Assembly: GCA_943350765.1 (NCBI GenBank) | Contig: CALRAJ010000001.1 | Location: 96,689-160,688, forward strand | DNA: 64,000 bases | From: Candidatus Tayloriibacteriota bacterium | GTDB taxonomy: Bacteria > Patescibacteriota > Minisyncoccia > Phycocordibacterales > PALSA-1337 | Reading direction: 5' to 3' | Shown here: piece after piece, positions 56,881 to 64,000 of the stretch | Position numbering within the stretch: the first letter of the stretch is position 1 | How the letters are laid out: the number at the start of each line of letters is the position of its first letter | Position numbers and translations under genes: made by a program | The notes under the pieces: generated by a model | Database searches by the model: none | Told to the model about the DNA's origin: nothing | The model's input: only the letters and a program-made list of their open reading frames with translations

Positions 56881-59850
56881 CTATGCATTAATCTTCCTTA
56901 CAACATACTCAAACACTCGCTCTTGAACAAATCTCTTTAGCTCCGGGCTCTGATCAAGCTTTTGATACAAACTAAAATGATTATCGAGCACCCCCACAAG
57001 TTCATCCTGAAATAGCTGATCAAATTTTAGCTTAGCCGCATCCTTACTATTATTTTTTACGGACCCGAGAAGTACCTTACTTTCTAGAAGTCTCTTGCTC
57101 AAATCATTAAGGATGACTTTATCTGAATTGTTAAAACTTGTTCCATAACGTTCATTAACTTCTTTAATGATTTTTGACAAAGCATCTTTCTCATCTTCTG
57201 TGATACCTTTTTCACCACCGCCACCCATTGGATCAATAACACCTTCAGCATTTTCAAGATGAAGATTTGTCTCAACTTTCTTTTCAATTCTATATGTTTC
57301 CATGTCTATTGCTTCAAGTACTTCATATGGAAGTGGGTTCTCTCGCTTTGGTAGCTTCCTGATCAAATACTTCAAGAATATAAACAACTTTTCAAGCTGT
57401 GGGTCCTCAAAAGTTACAATCTGTGAAATAAATGCGTACTTCTTAAGATAATCAAATACGGTAGTTTTGAAACTCCCCATTTCTTCTTCTGTAAGGTTCT
57501 CATCATTGATTCGAGAAACCACTCCATCAATAATGTGATTGAGTTTATCTGGAGTTGCTTTTGCATATAGCTCATCGACAAAACCATTCACTTCAAAGTC
57601 AGTGAAGAATTTAAATCCACGCACATCTCGCTCTAAGTCATGAAGAATGTTTGGATCAGTAGCTTCTGATAGGACCGTAGTTGTGTAGTAAGGTTGGAAT
57701 GATTCTTTTATATCATCAGTTTCATTAACGAAGTCCAGCACGAATGTATCATCCTTGCCGTATGTAGTTCTGTTGAGACGAGATAATGTTTGGACCGCAC
57801 CAACTCCACCGAGTTTCTTATCGACATACATTACAGAAAGTAAAGGCTGATCAAATCCAGTCTGGAACTTCTCTGCAACAATCAAGAATTTATATTCATC
57901 ATTTTTGAATTCTTCAGCTGTCTGACTTTCTGGAACCTTATTCATTTGACCTTCTGTATATTCAAGTTTGGTATCAATATCTTTAACGGTACCAGAAAAG
58001 GCTACGAGGGCTTTATGTCCATATCCCTTTTCCTTGAGATATTTATCGAACGCTAGCTTGTATCGCACAGCATGAAGGCGTGACTTGGTTACCACCATAG
58101 CCTTTGCTTTACCAGCAATGAGTGAAGCAATCTTCTCTTCAAAATGTTCTGCCATTATTGCGGTCTTTTTATCTATAGCATGCTCGTGTCGTTCAACATA
58201 TCCAACTATTAGCCTTTGAGCCTTCTTTTTATCAAACTCAGGATCATCCTCAACTTTCTTCAAAAGTCCGAAGTATGTTTCGTATGTTGTGTAATTCTTC
58301 AGCACATCAAGAATAAATTTCTCCTCGATAGCTTGCTTCATTGAGTAAAGAGAGAATGGACCGAATTTACCTGTAAGAGGATCTTCAGTTCCAAAGAGTT
58401 CCAGAGTCTTTTGTTTTGGTGTAGCAGTGAATGCAAAGAAACTCAAGTTAGGTGACGCAACCTTACGAGCTTTCATACGTTCAATGATTTGGTCTTCTAC
58501 GGTCTTAAATGCCTTCTCTTCGTTCTCTGTTTCTTTTTCAGCCTCATCAAGTGTTAGGACCTGGCGCAAATCAGCCGCAGATTCACCAGACTGTGATGAG
58601 TGGGCTTCATCAATAATCACAGCAAACTTTTTACCTTCCACTTTATCTACTGCATCAACTATCACTGGAAACTTCTGCAAAGTAGTAGTTATAATCTTTA
58701 CCCCTGATTCAAGTGCCTCTTTGAGTTCCTTTCCACCATTTTCAATATGTTTAACCAAGCCAGTGACCTGACTAAAGCTATCAACTGTATTTGAAAGTTG
58801 TCTATCGAGCACTCGACGATCAGTCACCACAATTACGCCATCAAATATATTCTTTCCTTCATCATTGTGTAATTCCGCAAGGCGATGAGCGGTCCAAGCG
58901 ATCGTATTACTTTTACCGGACCCTGCACTGTGTTGAATAAGATAGTTTTTTCCTGAACCATTCTTTTGGGCATCAACCACAATATTCTTTACTGTTTCAA
59001 GTTGATGATATCGAGGAAAGATTAATTTTTCTTCCTTTACCCTCTTTCCATTTTTATCTTCTTTTTCCTCGGTAACTTCCTGTATAAAATTTCCAAGTAA
59101 ATCAAATATACTATCCTTGGACAAGATCTCTTCCCATAGGTAGTAAGTCTTATACTTTCCAGTTGGGGCATCTGGGTTGCCTGATGAGCCTATATTGCCC
59201 TTATTAAACGGTAAGAAGTACGTTGTTAGACCTGTAATTCGAGTAGCCATGTATGCTTGCTCGGTATCTACAGCAAAGTGAGTGAGACATCGCTTGAATG
59301 ACAATAGCTTTTCTTTCTGATCTCGGTCCGTCTTGTACTGAGATATAGCATTGATAACATTCTGACCGGTAAATTGATTTTTGAGTTCGGTTGTAAATAG
59401 TGGGAGACCATTTACAAGGATAACCATATCAATTGAGTTTTCATTCTTAGTACTGTATTTCACCTGACGCATTACGCTCAAAATATTTCCAGCATAGTCT
59501 GAGAGCGTTTCTGGATTCTTATCATTCTCAGGCTTCCAATATGCAAGACGAATATTCACTCCTCGATCTTTAACACCTTCACGCAAAACACTCAACAAGC
59601 CACGAGATTCGATTTCCTCATCTACCCTATCAAGCACCCTTATTTCAACATCATCCCCATACTGCTCAACCAATTTATTCCAACTATCCTTTTGAGTAGT
59701 CTGAATAAACTCGAGGACCAACTCTGTGTCCATACACAAGTCCTTGTTGTATGAGGAACTTGGTCGTGATCTATATTTATGTAGACTCACTAGCTGTTGC
59801 TCAATGAATTCTTCAAATCCTGATTCTTTTGTGTTTGTTTTTGTTGTCAT
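56881..59850 (-). CDS. hsdR: Type I restriction enzyme R subunit
   Basis: 989 aa. SF2 helicase motif I HSAGSGKSNT and motif II DEAHSS, an N-terminal nuclease region and a C-terminal helical domain. Confidence 0.9.
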   Translation of the reverse strand: MTTKTNTKESGFEEFIEQQLVSLHKYRSRPSSSYNKDLCMDTELVLEFIQTTQKDSWNKLVEQYGDDVEIRVLDRVDEEIESRGLLSVLREGVKDRGVNIRLAYWKPENDKNPETLSDYAGNILSVMRQVKYSTKNENSIDMVILVNGLPLFTTELKNQFTGQNVINAISQYKTDRDQKEKLLSFKRCLTHFAVDTEQAYMATRITGLTTYFLPFNKGNIGSSGNPDAPTGKYKTYYLWEEILSKDSIFDLLGNFIQEVTEEKEDKNGKRVKEEKLIFPRYHQLETVKNIVVDAQKNGSGKNYLIQHSAGSGKSNTIAWTAHRLAELHNDEGKNIFDGVIVVTDRRVLDRQLSNTVDSFSQVTGLVKHIENGGKELKEALESGVKIITTTLQKFPVIVDAVDKVEGKKFAVIIDEAHSSQSGESAADLRQVLTLDEAEKETENEEKAFKTVEDQIIERMKARKVASPNLSFFAFTATPKQKTLELFGTEDPLTGKFGPFSLYSMKQAIEEKFILDVLKNYTTYETYFGLLKKVEDDPEFDKKKAQRLIVGYVERHEHAIDKKTAIMAEHFEEKIASLIAGKAKAMVVTKSRLHAVRYKLAFDKYLKEKGYGHKALVAFSGTVKDIDTKLEYTEGQMNKVPESQTAEEFKNDEYKFLIVAEKFQTGFDQPLLSVMYVDKKLGGVGAVQTLSRLNRTTYGKDDTFVLDFVNETDDIKESFQPYYTTTVLSEATDPNILHDLERDVRGFKFFTDFEVNGFVDELYAKATPDKLNHIIDGVVSRINDENLTEEEMGSFKTTVFDYLKKYAFISQIVTFEDPQLEKLFIFLKYLIRKLPKRENPLPYEVLEAIDMETYRIEKKVETNLHLENAEGVIDPMGGGGEKGITEDEKDALSKIIKEVNERYGTSFNNSDKVILNDLSKRLLESKVLLGSVKNNSKDAAKLKFDQLFQDELVGVLDNHFSLYQKLDQSPELKRFVQERVFEYVVRKINA

Positions 59851-59851
59851 A

Positions 59852-60907
59852 TTATTCCTTAGCTTTTCTTACTTTATCCAAGAAAGTATTTATTGGATCA
59901 ATTATTTTTTCGCCAAGATTTTTTAGCATAGAATCAATATTTACCATTGCGTTCTGTTCTAATGCTTTATCCTCATTAGCTGAATCATCTTTATTCGGAT
60001 GTTGATAAATATCTTTCATAGAAGACAAGACGAAATCGAGGATATCTTTCTTATATTCAACATCCCCAAAGCGCCTTTCAAGAACTTCAGTATAGTTCTC
60101 AAGCGCTTTCGCAGTTGCTGCTTTAAATGCATAACTTTCCATTAAGCGCTGAGATCGAGAATACTGTAGAGCGCTAAACCAAACAAGAAATATACCTGGA
60201 GATGAGTAGGTTATCTTATACAGAAACATTTCAATCCAATTCGCTCCACTGCTTAATGGATGTGAGTAAATGAAGTATAAAATACCTCCTAATATCAATA
60301 CGCTTATAATTGTTGCCCATTGCCAAAAAGAAACTCTTCCTTGGAGTGTGTCTTGCCTTTCAGAAAAAGAATGCGAAAGCCCTGAACCTGTAATAAAACC
60401 ATACATTATTTCAATTTCTTTTTTGTATCCTTCAATTTGCTCTTTATTCTTCTTAATCTGCTCATCGAGGTTTTTTGCATCAATCTCCAACTTGGAAATA
60501 GTTTCCACCATTTTGGTAGCTTCTGTAGACTTCTCAAAAGTTATCTGATTGTCTGTATTGATTTTAGAGATCACAAATTCAACCCCTGAGGTAGGGTCCT
60601 CAATTTTTGTTTTTAAATCTAGCAGCTTCTGATTGAGGGCTTCTATTTCGGATGTTTTTGTTTGTGCTTGCTGAAGCAAAGTATCGATTGACCCTTCCTT
60701 TGTAGCAACAGTTGCAATTTTTCCATCTAGATCAATAACTTTAGACTCCAAAATCTTCTTTGTTTTATCAGTATCAATTTTTACACTGTCAGCAATAGTC
60801 GCAATTTTGCCAAAAAGCGTATCAACTTCGGATTTCTTTGTTTTTATCTGACCTAAAATATCATCGGCTTCTTTATTTAATTGTTCAATTCTATTGTTTT
60901 CTTCCAT
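59852..60907 (-). CDS. Uncharacterised coiled-coil/two-TM protein (gene Y) inserted between hsdS and hsdR
   Basis: 351 aa. A 165-aa N-terminal K/E/T-rich coiled coil, two TM helices (WATIISVLILGGILYFIY and GIFLVWFSAL) and a 110-aa C-terminal soluble domain. There is 1 nt between the hsdR start and this gene's stop, and 4 nt between its start and the hsdS stop. No P-loop, so it is not PrrC-like. Confidence 0.6.
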   Translation of the reverse strand: MEENNRIEQLNKEADDILGQIKTKKSEVDTLFGKIATIADSVKIDTDKTKKILESKVIDLDGKIATVATKEGSIDTLLQQAQTKTSEIEALNQKLLDLKTKIEDPTSGVEFVISKINTDNQITFEKSTEATKMVETISKLEIDAKNLDEQIKKNKEQIEGYKKEIEIMYGFITGSGLSHSFSERQDTLQGRVSFWQWATIISVLILGGILYFIYSHPLSSGANWIEMFLYKITYSSPGIFLVWFSALQYSRSQRLMESYAFKAATAKALENYTEVLERRFGDVEYKKDILDFVLSSMKDIYQHPNKDDSANEDKALEQNAMVNIDSMLKNLGEKIIDPINTFLDKVRKAKE

Positions 60908-60911
60908 AAAT

Positions 60912-62210
60912 TTATATTTTTATTTTTCCTGTCACGACATTTGAAATTAGTGAGGATTTGAACTCTTGTAATAGTTCAATAGATTTTTCAATATTTAAAA
61001 TTGATGTTAAGTATATTTTCTTAATCTTTTGAACCTTGTCAGCAATTTTTTTTTGCTCATCATCTGGGGGAATAGTAATAACAACTTTTTTTAAATGGGT
61101 GGGTCCATAATGTTGCATTGCAGTCCCAGCTTTTTGCACTTCAACTTGCTCGTTGAAGTATTTTGAGTCTAATAGGCATTTTAAAAAATATCTATCCAAA
61201 CTTTTTGAGGTAATTTTAATTAGCCCTGTGTAAGCAATTGAGCCAACTGCTTCTTTTGTAACTTCAGCGACTATTCCAGAAGATGCACTCCCACTAATAA
61301 GTAAGTCTCCTTGTTTCAATTTAAAATGACTCCATTTACGCTCAACTTTTTCAGGATCAAGAAAGTTAGACCCTTCTAAGTCGACAAAGCCATTATTAAG
61401 ATTCTTAATTCTCAATAAAGGGACTCCTGTCTCTCTAAAATCCTCAGCCATAATTCCGGGTCCCTCTTGAATTTCAGTAACATATTTCAAGGGTAGCACC
61501 CTCCATCCCTTTGGGATATTATCAATCCATTCAACACCACTTTCTACCAATTCTACTTTTGGATCAAGGCCCTTTGTGACTGCATAATTAATATCGGCTA
61601 TGTGTTTTTCTTTTAAAAACTCAATCAGCTTTTGTTTTCTTTCAATAATTTGGTCAACCGAAGATGTTTTTTCATCAAGATACTTAGCAATCTTTATTTG
61701 TTCTTGTGATTTAGGAACTGTGATACAAATCCTCTTCATTTCACTCTCACGTGTGGTCCAAAGATCATCAACAATACCTCGTCCCCAACGATAGAATTCT
61801 TCTGAAAATAGTTTACTTCTAAATAGATAATGGAAATATTTTGAATCAGATAATTGATCCCTCTTTCTTAATACATTGTAGACAAGCGATACACCACCTT
61901 CATATTCAGACATTCCTACAGCACCTTTTCTATCGGACCGGCCGTTTATGGCAATGTCTCCAACTTTTACAAGCTTGCGAAGGCTACCTTCTGCAACCTT
62001 AGCTGCATTTTCTATTTGTCTTTTAATTCCATCATAAGTAACAGAAAGTGGTTCATGAGTCGCCTCTGTAACCTTCTGATTAGAAAAGTTAAATACAGAT
62101 ACTATTTTTTGTGCTTCCCAATTAGCGGGAATCTTTCCCAACCACTCAACACCTGAATCTTTGTATTCAGGATATTTCTCATATTTTTTTGTAAGTTTGA
62201 GTGTATGCAT
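60912..62210 (-). CDS. hsdS: Type I restriction-modification specificity subunit
   Basis: 432 aa with two target-recognition domains separated by conserved coiled-coil spacers (…LISNVVTGKIKI C-terminus). Confidence 0.85.
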   Translation of the reverse strand: MHTLKLTKKYEKYPEYKDSGVEWLGKIPANWEAQKIVSVFNFSNQKVTEATHEPLSVTYDGIKRQIENAAKVAEGSLRKLVKVGDIAINGRSDRKGAVGMSEYEGGVSLVYNVLRKRDQLSDSKYFHYLFRSKLFSEEFYRWGRGIVDDLWTTRESEMKRICITVPKSQEQIKIAKYLDEKTSSVDQIIERKQKLIEFLKEKHIADINYAVTKGLDPKVELVESGVEWIDNIPKGWRVLPLKYVTEIQEGPGIMAEDFRETGVPLLRIKNLNNGFVDLEGSNFLDPEKVERKWSHFKLKQGDLLISGSASSGIVAEVTKEAVGSIAYTGLIKITSKSLDRYFLKCLLDSKYFNEQVEVQKAGTAMQHYGPTHLKKVVITIPPDDEQKKIADKVQKIKKIYLTSILNIEKSIELLQEFKSSLISNVVTGKIKI

Positions 62211-62211
62211 A

Positions 62212-62709
62212 TTAATTAAATAAACAAATTACCTTATCAAAATTACTAAATATAGCAGTAAGCAGAGCCGTAATTACTGCAACTAAAATTGGCAACCATA
62301 AATTACGAGAATCTGTGATTTGCTTATCTGTCTTAAAATTCTTATCAACAAAATCGTAAAAAGATGGCGTGATTGAAATATCTTTACCCCAATAGGATTT
62401 ATTCAAATCTGCAATAAAATGAATTCTGTCGGCCATATATTTACTATCACCTGTGGAAACAATTGAAAAGTTTGTCGGATTAAAGTCAGGTATTCCCAAT
62501 CCATAATTTTGTGTATCAATATTTATTAACTCCTCTTTTTCCAGGAAATACACAGTGTAATAAATCTGCTCAAGAGTTTTATAGTGTTCCGCTACATTCT
62601 GAATGTTGTTTCCTTCAAATTTCAAAATACACATATCTTTAATGATATGTCCGACCCAGCCATGTTTCTTTTCAGCCAATATTTTAATGAATTCTTTATT
62701 GATTTTCAT
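62212..62709 (-). CDS. Uncharacterised tail-anchored membrane protein (gene X) inserted between hsdM and hsdS
   Basis: 165 aa. A soluble N-terminal domain and a single C-terminal TM (LWLPILVAVITALLTAIFS). There are 1-nt gaps to both flanking hsd genes. Confidence 0.55.
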   Translation of the reverse strand: MKINKEFIKILAEKKHGWVGHIIKDMCILKFEGNNIQNVAEHYKTLEQIYYTVYFLEKEELINIDTQNYGLGIPDFNPTNFSIVSTGDSKYMADRIHFIADLNKSYWGKDISITPSFYDFVDKNFKTDKQITDSRNLWLPILVAVITALLTAIFSNFDKVICLFN

Positions 62710-62710
62710 T

Positions 62711-64000
62711 TTATAGTTGCTTTAGGAGAGTGAGTAATTCATTCTCAACCTTTTCTATATCAGTCTCTATCGCCTCAAGACTTCGTGGTGCTTCATACTT
62801 GTAAAAGTGTCGTGTAAATGGAATTTCATATCCAACCACACCAATCTTGCCATCTTTATGATCCACAACAGACTCATTGATCCATGCATCGGGAACATAA
62901 GGCTTTACCTCTTTATCAAAATATTCCTTGATATCCATCTCATATGGCACGTTCTCATAATCTCGAAGTGATTTATCTATTTCCACTTCCCCTTTTTTAT
63001 TTTTTACAACCTTACCATCAACCATAAGTGGTCGCTCTATGGTAATCTGTCTATATGCAAAATCGGTAGTCTTGAAAATCTTTGAAAATTCACTTTCTTC
63101 AAACTTCTCATATAGCTCTACTATTTTTTTCTTTGATTCAGCATCTATCTCGTGGCGCTTACTACCAAGACTCTTGCGAGTCTTTTTGAAGAATGTGCGA
63201 GCATCAATAAGCTGAACTTTACCTTTTCTTTCTTTTGATTTTCTATTTGTAACAAACCAAAGATAGGTATTAATACCTGTGTTGTAGAACAACTGGTCCG
63301 GTAATGCCACAATAGTCTCAAGCAAATCTTTTTCAAGAATCCAACGGCGTATTTCACTCTCACCACTTCCCGCATCTCCGGTAAAGAGTGGTGAGCCGTT
63401 GTGAACAATAGAAATACGTGACCCACCATCTTTTTCCGTCTTCATCTTTGAAATGAGGTGCTGAAGGAACAAAAGCTGACCATCTGAAATACGAGGAGTA
63501 CCTGCACCAAATCTTCCAGCATATCCACGAGATGCTTCTCGCTCTACAGCGTCTTTATCTTTTTTCCAATCAACTCCGTAGGGTGGGTTACTTAGCCCGT
63601 AGTCGAATACTTCACCAAAGAATTGATCATTGGCCAGTGTACTTGCTTTTGAATGGTCTTTTTCTCCACCTCGAATAAGATCTGGGTCATCTCCTTTTAT
63701 CAACATGTCGGACTTCGCCATGGCGTATGTGATTGAGTTGAGTTCCTGTCCGTATAGGAATATGTCGGCTTCTTTGTTTATATTTTCGAGAATATAGTCC
63801 TTTGCCACAGAAAGCATACCCCCGGTACCGCAGGCAGGATCATATATTTTCTTGATCACGTGAGGCTTTTTCAAATCCTTTTCATCAGGAGAAAACAGCA
63901 TCTCAGTCATAAGTCCAATAACATCACGTGGGGTGTAGTGTTCTCCAGCCGTTTCGTTAGACATTTCAGAAAACTTACGAAGAAGTTCTTCGAATACATG
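62711..64000 (-). CDS. hsdM: Type I restriction-modification N6-adenine DNA methyltransferase M subunit, N-terminus beyond window edge
   Basis: Motif I DPACGTGGML and motif IV NPPYG. The reading frame stays open through the window end (…FEELLRKFSEMSNETAGEHYTPRDV). Confidence 0.9.
   Translation of the reverse strand, partial: HVFEELLRKFSEMSNETAGEHYTPRDVIGLMTEMLFSPDEKDLKKPHVIKKIYDPACGTGGMLSVAKDYILENINKEADIFLYGQELNSITYAMAKSDMLIKGDDPDLIRGGEKDHSKASTLANDQFFGEVFDYGLSNPPYGVDWKKDKDAVEREASRGYAGRFGAGTPRISDGQLLFLQHLISKMKTEKDGGSRISIVHNGSPLFTGDAGSGESEIRRWILEKDLLETIVALPDQLFYNTGINTYLWFVTNRKSKERKGKVQLIDARTFFKKTRKSLGSKRHEIDAESKKKIVELYEKFEESEFSKIFKTTDFAYRQITIERPLMVDGKVVKNKKGEVEIDKSLRDYENVPYEMDIKEYFDKEVKPYVPDAWINESVVDHKDGKIGVVGYEIPFTRHFYKYEAPRSLEAIETDIEKVENELLTLLKQL

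Noticed and set aside
59852-60907. Gene Y as PrrC/RloC anticodon nuclease, by positional analogy with the prr locus
   Set aside because: There is no Walker A/ABC ATPase head and no recognisable anticodon-nuclease C-terminal motifs. It has two TM helices, which PrrC lacks. Only the position is analogous.
1-64000. Use of an alternative genetic code (UGA recoded, as in some CPR lineages)
   Set aside because: Conserved genes terminate cleanly at UGA (for example recR at 51461-51463), and protein lengths are normal under the standard code.

Overview
The window looks like a compact, low-GC (about 37-40%) bacterial chromosome segment with a Patescibacteria/CPR-like gene repertoire. I base that on the many short proteins, fused genes, numerous membrane or secreted hypothetical proteins, and the absence of biosynthetic operons. 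The standard genetic code is in use (UGA is a stop, for example at the end of recR).

Recognisable core genes, with strand, are: ABC-F ATPase (-, partial), cspA (-), SWIB (-), SPFH (-), msrAB fusion (+), Pif1-family helicase (+), DEAD-box helicase (+), a MacAB-like ABC efflux operon (-), an ECF sigma/anti-sigma pair (-), bdbC/bdbD (+), an AI-2E transporter (+), trhO (+), an M23 peptidase (-), gltX (-), rnc (-), a nusB-NUDIX fusion (-), rpmF (-), rnhB (-), dnaE (+), typA (+), truB (-), tRNA-Cys (-), ddl (-), uvrC (-), dnaB (-), recR (+), rplU (-), rmuC (-) and yqeY (+).

The 3' end of the window, from about 56.7 kb to the edge, is a same-strand, tightly packed Type I restriction-modification operon in the order hsdM-X-hsdS-Y-hsdR. 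X and Y are two uncharacterised membrane-protein genes inserted at the M/S and S/R junctions. I consider this the best candidate for an undescribed defence module.

Other notable signals:
- A MITE-like repeat family with terminal inverted repeats, present in five copies.
- A family of REP-like perfect palindromes built around an ACGGCT(C/A)A(A)C core.
- A composite element upstream of both ribosomal-protein genes.
- Three strongly GC-rich single-gene islands that look horizontally acquired.
- A tRNA-Cys surrounded by tRNA-derived fragment repeats.
- A winged-helix plus Cas2-like gene bracketed by two long, near-perfect palindromes.
- A 600-nt ORF-free region that is probably a structured RNA.

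No CRISPR array and no rRNA were seen.
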